Source: Escherichia phage vB_EcoM_G2248. Taken from it: 64,000 bases of DNA. Every line of letters begins with the position of its first letter. The first letter of the stretch is position 1. Position numbers and translations under genes: made by a program. The DNA is taken from sequence record MK327932.1, one strand, 5' to 3'. The notes below the pieces were generated by a model, which was given only the letters and a program-made list of their open reading frames with translations, was not told the origin of the DNA and made no database searches. Positions 55,901-64,000 of the stretch are shown here, in pieces.

Positions 55901-56226
55901 TCTGGAAACTTCCCGTAAACATTCTCTGCCAGCTTACGTGCATCTTTTACAATATCTTTCATGTAATGACTATAATTTTTAGCTAGATCAATGATACAAT
56001 CAACAAAGAAGTAATAGCGTCGCAGTGCTACCAGCTCAACATCTTCAAGATGACCATTTTCTCCAATCGCTGAAATGTGTTTAAATTCCTTTCGGATCGC
56101 GTCCATCGCTACATTAACTTCTTTTATAATATCTTTAGTATTATATGCACCTCGACTAATCAAAATTTTGGTTAGGTCTTCTGCTTTTTCGTGAAAGTTG
56201 TCAATTTCAAACTCGATCATAATCAC
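55897..56226 (-). CDS. hypothetical protein (paralogue of 56335..56667)
   Basis: C-terminal ...KLAENVYGKF vs ...RIMTENIFGKF; similar length. Confidence 0.45.
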   Translation of the reverse strand: MIMIEFEIDNFHEKAEDLTKILISRGAYNTKDIIKEVNVAMDAIRKEFKHISAIGENGHLEDVELVALRRYYFFVDCIIDLAKNYSHYMKDIVKDARKLAENVYGKFPE

Positions 56227-56334
56227 CTCTCATAATTTCACGCTGTTGTTTCAACATTTTTTCGTGGTTTGCTAATTCTATACAGTGTAATAACATAACC
56301 AGTGCAATTTTCAATGATTCATCATCTTTCATAA

Positions 56335-56667
56335 TCAAAATTTACCGAAAATATTCTCTGTCATAATTCTTGCTTCGTCGATTATTTTCGTCATGTTCAT
56401 GGTGTAGTTATGATCATTTAGTGCCTTAATGACAACGAGCAAGGAATCTAAAAACACTCGATACCGTGTATATTCTACGCTATTTGTGAATACCGATGTT
56501 TTCTCTACTTTATCGATCAGATAGCCTAAAACCGATAGCGCCTCGTTGACTTCCCTTGTTACTTTATCGGCGCTAAACAGCACCGGATAAAGACGCGGTG
56601 TGATTAACCGCGCTGCCTCTTTCAATTCGGTCGCTTTCCATGATTCATATTTGTCATAGTTAAACAT
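56335..56667 (-). CDS. hypothetical protein (paralogue of 55897..56226)
   Basis: 110 aa. Confidence 0.45.
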   Translation of the reverse strand: MFNYDKYESWKATELKEAARLITPRLYPVLFSADKVTREVNEALSVLGYLIDKVEKTSVFTNSVEYTRYRVFLDSLLVVIKALNDHNYTMNMTKIIDEARIMTENIFGKF

Positions 56668-56679
56668 TGTATAATCTCC

Positions 56680-57012
56680 TTACAGATGAAAACCTGTTAC
56701 AATAACCGCATCGATCATACCGCTAGGAATAAACGGTTCGCCCTCTTTTATTTCAACTTTGAATTGATGCCATTTCGCTAATACTTCTTCCGGTACACCC
56801 AGCGATTCGGCGTCTGCTTTAGTTTCATCCATAATCCAACTAGGCTGCATGAGAGCATAGTTTACATAGTCCATTTCTGGGGTCATGTCATCAATGTTAA
56901 TATATTTGCAGTTGACGCGTTTCAGAATTTCAAATTCTTTATTATCAACCTGTACCATGTATAATTCAGTAGTTTCTGGAATCAGTTCCCACACAATCAG
57001 TACATTTTTCAT
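56680..57012 (-). CDS. hypothetical protein
   Basis: 110 aa. Confidence 0.45.
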   Translation of the reverse strand: MKNVLIVWELIPETTELYMVQVDNKEFEILKRVNCKYINIDDMTPEMDYVNYALMQPSWIMDETKADAESLGVPEEVLAKWHQFKVEIKEGEPFIPSGMIDAVIVTGFHL

Positions 57013-57020
57013 AGTTCACC

Positions 57021-57389
57021 TCACTTAACAAAGATTTTCTTTAATGCTTTCAGGATCGTTGCTTCCGGCGCTTCTTCCGGTGGAGGGAGCAATTCTACCA
57101 CTTCCTCTTCCAACTCGATATAGTCTACCAGATATTCTACATAGAATGCAAGTGCTTCCATGAAATTAGATGCTACATCCGATTCACCACACGCGCCTAC
57201 ATGCATTGTATAAACATCACTGCGATCAAGTTTGTGGATGCTTCCCAGATAGTTCCGGTTATACCAGACTTCCCACACTTTCAGCTTTCCAGTTTTGGTT
57301 GCTGTTTTATAATCGGTTTCGTAATGCTGCAATTGACGTTGCAAATCATTGATAATAACACATTTTTCGTAATTGTTTTGAATTTCCAT
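57021..57389 (-). CDS. hypothetical protein
   Basis: 122 aa with acidic/Pro-rich C-terminus. Confidence 0.45.
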   Translation of the reverse strand: MEIQNNYEKCVIINDLQRQLQHYETDYKTATKTGKLKVWEVWYNRNYLGSIHKLDRSDVYTMHVGACGESDVASNFMEALAFYVEYLVDYIELEEEVVELLPPPEEAPEATILKALKKIFVK

Positions 57390-57399
57390 GATGTAATCC

Positions 57400-57591
57400 T
57401 CACTTATCGTTAAGAAGTTCTAAAACTTTCTGTCGTACTTTGTCAATATTAGTTGATTCAAAAACTGTACGGTATCCCCAGCTTTGACCGTATGAGCGGT
57501 TGCAATCTCCATATCCCCATTGTTCAACCTGATAGTATTCAAGGAATGGGTGCTGCCGAACTATGATACCATCGCGATTAAAAATTACCAT
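57400..57591 (-). CDS. hypothetical protein
   Basis: 63 aa. Confidence 0.4.
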   Translation of the reverse strand: MVIFNRDGIIVRQHPFLEYYQVEQWGYGDCNRSYGQSWGYRTVFESTNIDKVRQKVLELLNDK

Positions 57592-57614
57592 AATATAATC
57601 CTCACGTCAACAAC

Positions 57615-57902
57615 TTATTTTCGGTTGTGGTCACGATATGTTTTAAAATATCCCTCGTACCACGGTAAAACATCTGGATTTTTACCACTATACAGACCTT
57701 TAACCATCATGTCAATAAGGCCATCCGGTGTTTGATAGTTTCCAGCTTTTATAAGCTCTCTGATTAAAATCTCTCTGTATATGTCTTTCGGATCTTCGTA
57801 ATCAACTTGTATTGTGGTTGTGGTCTCATTCAATTTGGTTTCTGGAGTATCTCGCATCACATCCCACCAATCTTTTGTGATCTTCATGTTATTGAATTGC
57901 AT
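57615..57902 (-). CDS. hypothetical protein
   Basis: 95 aa. Confidence 0.45.
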   Translation of the reverse strand: MQFNNMKITKDWWDVMRDTPETKLNETTTTIQVDYEDPKDIYREILIRELIKAGNYQTPDGLIDMMVKGLYSGKNPDVLPWYEGYFKTYRDHNRK

Positions 57903-57913
57903 AATTTAACCTC

Positions 57914-58672
57914 TTACTTGCAAACGTATTGATCTACATCAATTGCGCCACCGAATGTAGGATGACGTTTTTCAAATCTAATAGTTCCGTCGTTTGGTTC
58001 GAAAACGGAGTATTCATATAGATCTTTCTTGCCAACATTCTTATAAAACCCGCCTTTAGTCATAACGGTTTCTTGTACGTTTGCTTTGTGTACGTTGTAT
58101 TCGTCAATGTATACAAAATCAACCATCTTCCCATTTTTAATGGTTACTTTAAGATCTACTGGTTGATTTCCATATTTTGCATACAGTGGCGCTTCTTTAA
58201 TTTTTGTGGAAATTCCATCTTTCATACTCCACTCATAACGAACGGTGCATTGATAGGTAAAAGTTTCGACCTTCGGTTCTTCTACCACTTTTGCTTCCTG
58301 TTTCGGTTGTTCTTCTTCAACCTTTGCAGAAGTCTCTGAATCGCTTTCTGACGCGGTTTCTTCTTTAGGTAATACATTCATCAAGTTTTGGATTTGAGCG
58401 TTGTATACAGCCTCCAGTGGCTGAATCTGCCCGATATTGATCATTGTATCACGAACAGTTTTATTCCAGTTTCGTTGCTCTTGTTTCAGAGACGGATCAA
58501 TCTTAACAGCCTTAACATACACCTCATGAAGTTTAGAGTCCAGTGCGGAGATAGACTCATTAGCACAAATAAACTTCTCTGATTTGGTAGTAGCTTTAGC
58601 GCAATCAAAGGACGCAGCGTTAGCACCGAAAGCAGTAGCAGAAAGAACGATAGCAGCGATAATGTTTTTCAT
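57914..58672 (-). CDS. secreted protein with DUF1311/LprI-like N-terminal domain
   Basis: Signal peptide MKNIIAAIVLSATAFGANA; FDCAKA...FICAN...LDxxLxxxY pattern; E/K-rich linker; C-terminal beta-rich domain. Confidence 0.55.
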   Translation of the reverse strand: MKNIIAAIVLSATAFGANAASFDCAKATTKSEKFICANESISALDSKLHEVYVKAVKIDPSLKQEQRNWNKTVRDTMINIGQIQPLEAVYNAQIQNLMNVLPKEETASESDSETSAKVEEEQPKQEAKVVEEPKVETFTYQCTVRYEWSMKDGISTKIKEAPLYAKYGNQPVDLKVTIKNGKMVDFVYIDEYNVHKANVQETVMTKGGFYKNVGKKDLYEYSVFEPNDGTIRFEKRHPTFGGAIDVDQYVCK

Positions 58673-58742
58673 AATATATTCCTCAGTGTTTTGTCTTGAT
58701 TGGAGTATCTTACTACTCCCTTAATCCGGTGTCAACTACTTT

Positions 58743-58898
58743 TTAAATTTCTTCTACAGTAAAGTCTTCAATGTTGTTGTGCTCGGCGAACGTTGCCAGA
58801 CCAGCATTCCATGCATCATCCTCAGAGAAGAATACACCGTAACGTTCATATCCTTTAGCGCCTTCAAATTTAACCATTAATTTGTGAGTATGTTTCAT
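58743..58898 (-). CDS. hypothetical small protein
   Basis: Start moved to MKHTHKL after conserved leader; 51 aa. Confidence 0.45.
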   Translation of the reverse strand: MKHTHKLMVKFEGAKGYERYGVFFSEDDAWNAGLATFAEHNNIEDFTVEEI

Positions 58899-58968
58899 TT
58901 TGATTCTCCTTCGTTGTCTTGATGAGTTTAGTATAGGGGATCGCCGATCCCCTGTCAACAACTATTTT

Positions 58969-59181
58969 TTAATTTTTACCCGCTCGTGCATTAATACGCA
59001 TTTTCTGCATAGCCATGATCTGGCTTACTGCTTCTTCTTTACGTTCTTGCGTGATAACGTGACCAGATTCCGCAAACTCTCCCGCAACTTCTTCTACGAT
59101 CTCGCGAACTTGAGAACGTCCAAAGATGCGGTTTCCTTCGTAGCTCATAAATTCAGTCACTACTTGCTCGATAGATTTCAT
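58969..59181 (-). CDS. hypothetical small protein
   Basis: Start moved to MKSIEQVV after GGAGAATCAC leader; 70 aa. Confidence 0.45.
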   Translation of the reverse strand: MKSIEQVVTEFMSYEGNRIFGRSQVREIVEEVAGEFAESGHVITQERKEEAVSQIMAMQKMRINARAGKN

Positions 59182-59242
59182 GTGATTCTCCTTTCGTTTG
59201 GTATGGGAGTATAATACTACTCCCATTTCTTTACGTCAACAA

Positions 59243-59404
59243 CTATTTTAAATTATTTTCGACCTTCACCCATTCCGCGTATTCTTGCGCGGCTACTTTC
59301 GGATTTAGTCCGTCTTCGTACATTGCATCAAGTAATTCTTTGTCGGTGGGCTTATACCCTAGATAAGCCTCCACCTGATTTTTCCAAATTTTATACCAGT
59401 TCAT
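59243..59404 (-). CDS. hypothetical small protein
   Basis: Start moved to MNWYKIW to abut upstream stop; 53 aa. Confidence 0.4.
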   Translation of the reverse strand: MNWYKIWKNQVEAYLGYKPTDKELLDAMYEDGLNPKVAAQEYAEWVKVENNLK

Positions 59405-59408
59405 ATTA

Positions 59409-59681
59409 TCACCAGTCAAGAGCGCGTGTCTCTGCGTCTTCCCATGCTTGGTCCATAACAGCCTTGAAAACATATTCTAAAGTATCATCTTTAGAGAATC
59501 CGAAGACCTTAGACGGGATATCTTCAATTGCTACTCCAGCAACTTCTGCATTACGCGCTTGGCAATAATGCAACTCTAAGTTATCGAGATAGCGACCGCC
59601 TAATTTCTCCATATCATCCCAGCATTTCCAGTAACCTACTTTATTTGCAATTGCTAACACTTTGCTGTTTTCGTTGCTCAT
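59409..59681 (-). CDS. hypothetical protein
   Basis: Start moved to MSNENSKV after conserved leader; 90 aa. Confidence 0.45.
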   Translation of the reverse strand: MSNENSKVLAIANKVGYWKCWDDMEKLGGRYLDNLELHYCQARNAEVAGVAIEDIPSKVFGFSKDDTLEYVFKAVMDQAWEDAETRALDW

Positions 59682-59791
59682 CTTTGATTCTCCTTTTGTT
59701 TGGTATGTGTGTATTATGCGAGGCTGGATTCGTGAAGTCAACAACTTTTTAAAATAAAAAAGCCGACCACACGGATCGGCTTAATAATCAG

Positions 59792-60187
59792 TTACTTACT
59801 AAATTTCTTTTTGGCTTCGTCTACCGCATGAGATGCCAGTACCGCAGCCGCATGTGCACTTTTATCTGTGTTGCAGAGAACGCCCAGATAAACATCACGC
59901 CAAAGTTTAATCATCTCGTAGATCATATCAATATCATTTTCTTGTTTGTTGGCGATGCTATTCGTTGTTATCTGGTAAGGTAACGGCTTAATCTGTACTG
60001 GTTCCGCCATAGGGCTAATCGGTTGCGGATCAGTCATAATAGGTGCTGTTGTGGGTGGTGTTTTCCATACGCCATTATTCCACGGTTTAATCGTTGTATC
60101 GTAAAGTTTATAAGGATTTTTGTCTGGGTCAACCATCCAGGCATGATGAGTACCCAAACCATTTGAAGTAATGCGTCGTTCAGTCAT
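59792..60187 (-). CDS. hypothetical protein
   Basis: 131 aa. Confidence 0.45.
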   Translation of the reverse strand: MTERRITSNGLGTHHAWMVDPDKNPYKLYDTTIKPWNNGVWKTPPTTAPIMTDPQPISPMAEPVQIKPLPYQITTNSIANKQENDIDMIYEMIKLWRDVYLGVLCNTDKSAHAAAVLASHAVDEAKKKFSK

Positions 60188-60389
60188 ACTTTCCCTCCAA
60201 AAATTCTTTCATCAAATAGTCTATCGTTGCTCTGTGTTCTGGTGTGTTTGTTATCTCTGCTAACTTGTTCAGAGATTCAATAGTGATCCGGTTGGCTTCT
60301 TCCATAGTCTCAACGACCATTGGTACAATCTTTTCATTGTTGTATACGAAAGCCACATAACCGCCTTCTGGATATTCTTTCATAATCAA
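60180..60389 (-). CDS. hypothetical protein
   Basis: 69 aa, coupled between 52 and next gene. Confidence 0.45.
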   Translation of the reverse strand: MIMKEYPEGGYVAFVYNNEKIVPMVVETMEEANRITIESLNKLAEITNTPEHRATIDYLMKEFLEGKYD

Positions 60390-61765
60390 CCCTTCTTAAG
60401 TTCTTTAAGATCTTTCTTATATTCCTTCATTGCGGTCGTCTTTGTCCAATACTCATATTCACTATGATGTTTATCGGCATCTTTGACCAGTCGATCATAC
60501 TCTTCTTGAGTAACGCTATACAATGGCATAGAAACTAGCTTATCGGCGTATGGACGCAGTTTTTCATGTCCATTGATGGATTGCATTACCTCGGCCTTTT
60601 TCTTGCCCTGTAGCTCGATTTCGCCCTTAATTACGCGATCGATAAATTCGGCTTTAGCCATTGCATAATTGTATGCTTCCAGCGTTTCCGCTTGCATCAA
60701 TTCAATGCGTTTATCGACATACCCTAATCGGATTTCGACGAATCGACGGATCAGATCGCTCGCTTTCTCGAATACTTCTACTAAACCACGTTCATTAACC
60801 ACTACGATATTCTGGGCTACTAACTGTGTTAGTTTAAAATCCTTCATGATTTGCTCATGTCGAGCGGATTCATCTTCGCTTTTGAAATAATCGCGTTTCA
60901 GTGTTACTTCAAATCTGAATCCATCCTTAGAGCAACGGTCATTATACGATACAATCAGATCTTTTTCTTCCAGTGCATCCAGTACCGCTACATATTCTTC
61001 ACGGTCGAACTTATAAGGAACTTCTGATATTGTCAGCTTAGTCTTGCCGTTTAGTTCATATGTACCCTCAAGAATCACACCATCGCGGTCATCACGAGGG
61101 ATAACTTTACCCGTGAATTTCGGGAATTGAACACTAGGTTCTTTATCCAGTTTTCCGGCAAGTGCTAGCTCTGTGCATTCAATAAGGCTTTCCAGTGAAT
61201 GCGGTAAAATGTCAGTTTTATACCCTGTAGCAATACCACTAATACCATTAGCCAATACCATTGGCACAACTGGCAAGTAGAACGCTGGCGGGGTGTGTTC
61301 CAGATCTTCGTGCTTAGGTGCGCAATTCATATCTTTATAGATTTTAAAGAAGTTTTCATGCACACGAGCAAAGATATAACGTGCCGCACCTGCTTTCTGG
61401 ACTAAACGCGATCCGAAGTTACCTTGACCGTCAAGCAGTGGAGTATTATTGCTCCATGTATTCGCCATTAGTGATCCGGCTTCTACGGCATTAGTTTCCC
61501 CGTGGTGATAACCCAACTCAGCAACACCAGATCCAATATCTGCCATCTTACGGAATTTCTTACGGTCGCCTTTACTCTTTTGTAAAGCACATTCCATAAC
61601 AAAGCGTTGCACTGGTTTAAGCCCATCCACTAATTGAGGAATCCCGCGTTCCTCGGCAGAATAGATCGCATATTCCTTAGCTTCATTATGTACAATGCTT
61701 TCAAGGCTGCGGTAAGTAAATGTGTTTACAATTTGACTAATTTTATCCATCTTCACCTCATACAC
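60386..61765 (-). CDS. 52: DNA topoisomerase II medium subunit (GyrA-like)
   Basis: 459 aa; GLKPVQR, Q..G.FGS and active-site Tyr region of type IIA topoisomerase A subunit. Confidence 0.85.
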   Translation of the reverse strand: MYEVKMDKISQIVNTFTYRSLESIVHNEAKEYAIYSAEERGIPQLVDGLKPVQRFVMECALQKSKGDRKKFRKMADIGSGVAELGYHHGETNAVEAGSLMANTWSNNTPLLDGQGNFGSRLVQKAGAARYIFARVHENFFKIYKDMNCAPKHEDLEHTPPAFYLPVVPMVLANGISGIATGYKTDILPHSLESLIECTELALAGKLDKEPSVQFPKFTGKVIPRDDRDGVILEGTYELNGKTKLTISEVPYKFDREEYVAVLDALEEKDLIVSYNDRCSKDGFRFEVTLKRDYFKSEDESARHEQIMKDFKLTQLVAQNIVVVNERGLVEVFEKASDLIRRFVEIRLGYVDKRIELMQAETLEAYNYAMAKAEFIDRVIKGEIELQGKKKAEVMQSINGHEKLRPYADKLVSMPLYSVTQEEYDRLVKDADKHHSEYEYWTKTTAMKEYKKDLKELKKG

Positions 61766-62120
61766 GCTTACAAATCACATTCTTTACTTTATCAGATTTA
61801 TCAGCCCAATCCAATAGCCATTTTAACGGAAGGATTGAAACAATAAACGGGGCAGCAATCAAAGCAAACATGATACACCTGATAATCAGGAAAACGCAAG
61901 TGACAAAACTAGCGATAGTGATCCCGACAAAACAAAATACCATAGAAAACAGAGTAATGATATAGAAAGGCCAGAATACCCACTCCCGCATCTTAACGCC
62001 TTTGTATTCTCTGAATTGCTTAAAATCTACAAACAACTCTCGGATAGACGCGTACAGGACCGAAAAATCATCTTTCATTGCTCTGAATGAGCAATCTTCT
62101 ATTTTAGAATGACCTAGCAT
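61758..62120 (-). CDS. small membrane protein (start uncertain)
   Basis: Two hydrophobic helices (FYIITLFSMVFCFVGITIASFV, IMFALIAAPFIVSILPL). Confidence 0.45.
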   Translation of the reverse strand: MLGHSKIEDCSFRAMKDDFSVLYASIRELFVDFKQFREYKGVKMREWVFWPFYIITLFSMVFCFVGITIASFVTCVFLIIRCIMFALIAAPFIVSILPLKWLLDWADKSDKVKNVICKRV

Positions 62121-62122
62121 TA

Positions 62123-62416
62123 TTAACCGCCTTTAACCATTGATACCGGAATTGTTTTCTGATTTGTGTATAAGTGGCCTACTTCAATTTTTTCTTGAAT
62201 CACCACGACGTTACAATATCCACTGTCTTTAAGTTTTCTGATAATGACTCGCTTTTGTTCGTCGGTGATAGGATTGACTGTTCTCACCAATTCACCACAA
62301 ATAATAGCACCATCTTTACAATTACCAGTAACTTTCATGCTACGACCGTGAACAACAACCACGTCACCGTAAATCACATTTTCGTCGTCGTATTTGGTAA
62401 TAACCGTGACCGTCAT
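62123..62416 (-). CDS. hypothetical protein
   Basis: 97 aa. Confidence 0.45.
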   Translation of the reverse strand: MTVTVITKYDDENVIYGDVVVVHGRSMKVTGNCKDGAIICGELVRTVNPITDEQKRVIIRKLKDSGYCNVVVIQEKIEVGHLYTNQKTIPVSMVKGG

Positions 62417-62461
62417 AATGTATTCCCTCTAAGAAAGGCCGCGCAAAGCGGCCTATGTTGA

Positions 62462-62788
62462 TTATTGTTCTACAGTATAACCGTTGTTTTCAAGCCATGC
62501 AATAACAATCTTTTCGCCAATTTCATCGAGCATTTCATCAGAGCCATATTCTTTGATGAAAATCGATGGATCGTTATTGCTTACTACGTGCTGGATCACA
62601 ACATGTTCAGGAATTGCGTCTAGCAGTTCACTATGATCATACTCATTAACGATATCTTCAACACTAACATTATTAACCAAATCAACATCATCCATAGTCA
62701 CAGTAACGCGGCCTGACGGACGCAATGAATATTGGCTACTTTCAACTTCAACATGTGCACTTTCGCAAGTAACTTTCATATCAACCAT
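62462..62788 (-). CDS. hypothetical acidic protein
   Basis: 108 aa. Confidence 0.45.
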   Translation of the reverse strand: MVDMKVTCESAHVEVESSQYSLRPSGRVTVTMDDVDLVNNVSVEDIVNEYDHSELLDAIPEHVVIQHVVSNNDPSIFIKEYGSDEMLDEIGEKIVIAWLENNGYTVEQ

Positions 62789-62802
62789 AATTAATTCCTC
62801 TG

Positions 62803-63804
62803 TTAGTAATGGCTAAAACCTTCGGTTACATCTTCAACCACATAGTAACGATGACAGCGCATTTTGGCATTCGCATAATCTTTCGGGATACTTACAACGT
62901 GACGCGGATCAACTTTACATTTAATGATTCGGCCTCGTCCACCGCCATAGTGCGGAATATAGTGTTTCGCTGCAACGTGGAGGCCATTAGAGCAAGTGCG
63001 ATCATCATCTGGGTCCACGTCTTTACGCTTCATTTTAACCGTGCGCCCTGGGCTATTATCAAACGTATGCGTAAAGAAATCTTTATAATCAACATCAACA
63101 CGTTTCCATGCATAGAAACAACCATCTTCCCCGATCTCAATGTCGTTGTGCTCTAAGAAGTCAAACAGACGATCTACGGCCTTACGGCTAGGGTTTTTCT
63201 TGCACTTCTCAAAGAAGTTCAGATAGTGCGTATATGGCTTATTCTCTTTAATCGACTCCACAACTCGACGAGTCAGATTATTATCAAGAACAATATTATG
63301 ATAATACACAATACCATTTTCGATACGGAAAGCGCCGTGATAATATACTTCAACCGCTTTCTTAATGTCAATCAGCGTAATAGCTTTGATGAAATCATTA
63401 TGTTTAATCGCTTCCAGTGCTTCATTAAAGTTAACATGCGACGGATCAGCAGTATAAACAATGTCACCACATGTAATAGTAATAAACTTAGTTGAGGCTA
63501 TTGCTACGATTTTTGAGGAAGTAGTCACTGGCTTTTTTGCGCGTTCACCGCCTTTTCCTTTACTGGTTTTACGGCGTGCTTTACGTTTTTCTAGTGCCTT
63601 GCGACCTTCCGCTACTGCGTCTTTCTGAATCAGTAATACACGGGAGGCAGTACGACGAGATACCCCAAATGCTGCCGCAAGTGCTTCGCGGGTAGTAAAC
63701 TTACCTTCGCCCCACTGTTTAGCCAGTTTGATTTGTTTTTCAGAATCCAGGCATTGAACGTTACGGTCAGAGACGGTGATTTTTGCTTTAGTCATAGTAT
63801 TCAT
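62803..63804 (-). CDS. rIIB: rIIB-like protein
   Basis: 333 aa; C-terminal half (SRLFDFL..DIEI.EDG.FYAWK...TFDNSPG..VKM...D.DDD.TCS.GLHV..K.YI.H.G......K..V.PR.VVSIP.DY..AKMR...Y.VVEDVTE) fits my recollection of T4 rIIB; lies near gene 52 as in T4. Confidence 0.55.
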   Translation of the reverse strand: MNTMTKAKITVSDRNVQCLDSEKQIKLAKQWGEGKFTTREALAAAFGVSRRTASRVLLIQKDAVAEGRKALEKRKARRKTSKGKGGERAKKPVTTSSKIVAIASTKFITITCGDIVYTADPSHVNFNEALEAIKHNDFIKAITLIDIKKAVEVYYHGAFRIENGIVYYHNIVLDNNLTRRVVESIKENKPYTHYLNFFEKCKKNPSRKAVDRLFDFLEHNDIEIGEDGCFYAWKRVDVDYKDFFTHTFDNSPGRTVKMKRKDVDPDDDRTCSNGLHVAAKHYIPHYGGGRGRIIKCKVDPRHVVSIPKDYANAKMRCHRYYVVEDVTEGFSHY

Positions 63805-63857
63805 TCCTCTATTAGTTTGGCGACTATCGCCGCCCGATTCACATCATTATACCAGAA

Positions 63858-63989
63858 TTATTTTGCTTCTACAACCTTGCGGATTGTGCGGTCTGATACA
63901 TTATAGATTCGTGCCAGTTCGCCTTTAGTCAAGCCGCGAGCGTATTGTTTACGGATGGTTTCTTTCTGGATAGCGGTCAGTTTAGTCAT
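63858..63989 (-). CDS. small HTH-like protein resembling the N-terminal module of the rIIB-like protein (43 aa, not in track)
   Basis: MTKLTAIQKETIRKQYARGLTKGELARIYNVSDRTIRKVVEAK with RBS GAGGTGA; compare rIIB-like residues KQIKLAKQWGEGKFTTREALAAAFGVSRRTASRVL. Confidence 0.45.
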   Translation of the reverse strand: MTKLTAIQKETIRKQYARGLTKGELARIYNVSDRTIRKVVEAK

Positions 63990-64000
63990 AATATCACCTC

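Noticed and set aside
1-64000. tRNA or other small RNA genes
   Set aside because: I could not identify any cloverleaf-compatible segment with confidence by eye; T4 tRNAs map elsewhere in the genome. A tRNAscan run would be needed to be sure.

Overview
This 64-kb window is a segment of a T4-like (T-even type) myovirus genome. Identification rests on reading the translated ORFs against the T4 proteome as I remember it, and on gene order; no database search was run. In order: hoc (3' part runs off the window start), an unassigned ORF, uvsW/uvsW.1, uvsY, the baseplate hub block 25-26-51-27-28-29-48-54, two Alt-family ADP-ribosyltransferases, a ~8.5-kb hyperplastic early region of small minus-strand genes each behind its own sigma70-type promoter, DNA ligase (30), a NADAR/YbiA-like gene, cochaperonin 31, cd, pseT, a spanin pair, rnlA, a denA-like GIY-YIG gene, nrdB, nrdA, td, frd, 32, 59, 33, dsbA, a CYTH-like gene, rnh, long tail fibre genes 34-35-36-37, holin t, a second early block, topoisomerase subunit 52 and an rIIB-like gene. 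The strongest candidates for undescribed biology are (i) a three-gene early module at 16145-17710 encoding a DUF262/ParB-like protein, a zinc-ribbon protein and a minimal C5-cytosine-methyltransferase-like protein, and (ii) three tandem paralogous glycine-rich ~100-aa genes at 53729-54635 in the slot where T-even phages carry adhesin gene 38, downstream of a gp37 that ends in an autoproteolytic chaperone-like domain. Start codons were moved from the ORF-track values where the track start lies inside a promoter/leader and a downstream ATG follows a clear Shine-Dalgarno; several genes shorter than 60 aa that are absent from the track were added by manual translation. No tRNA, CRISPR array or intron was recognised.
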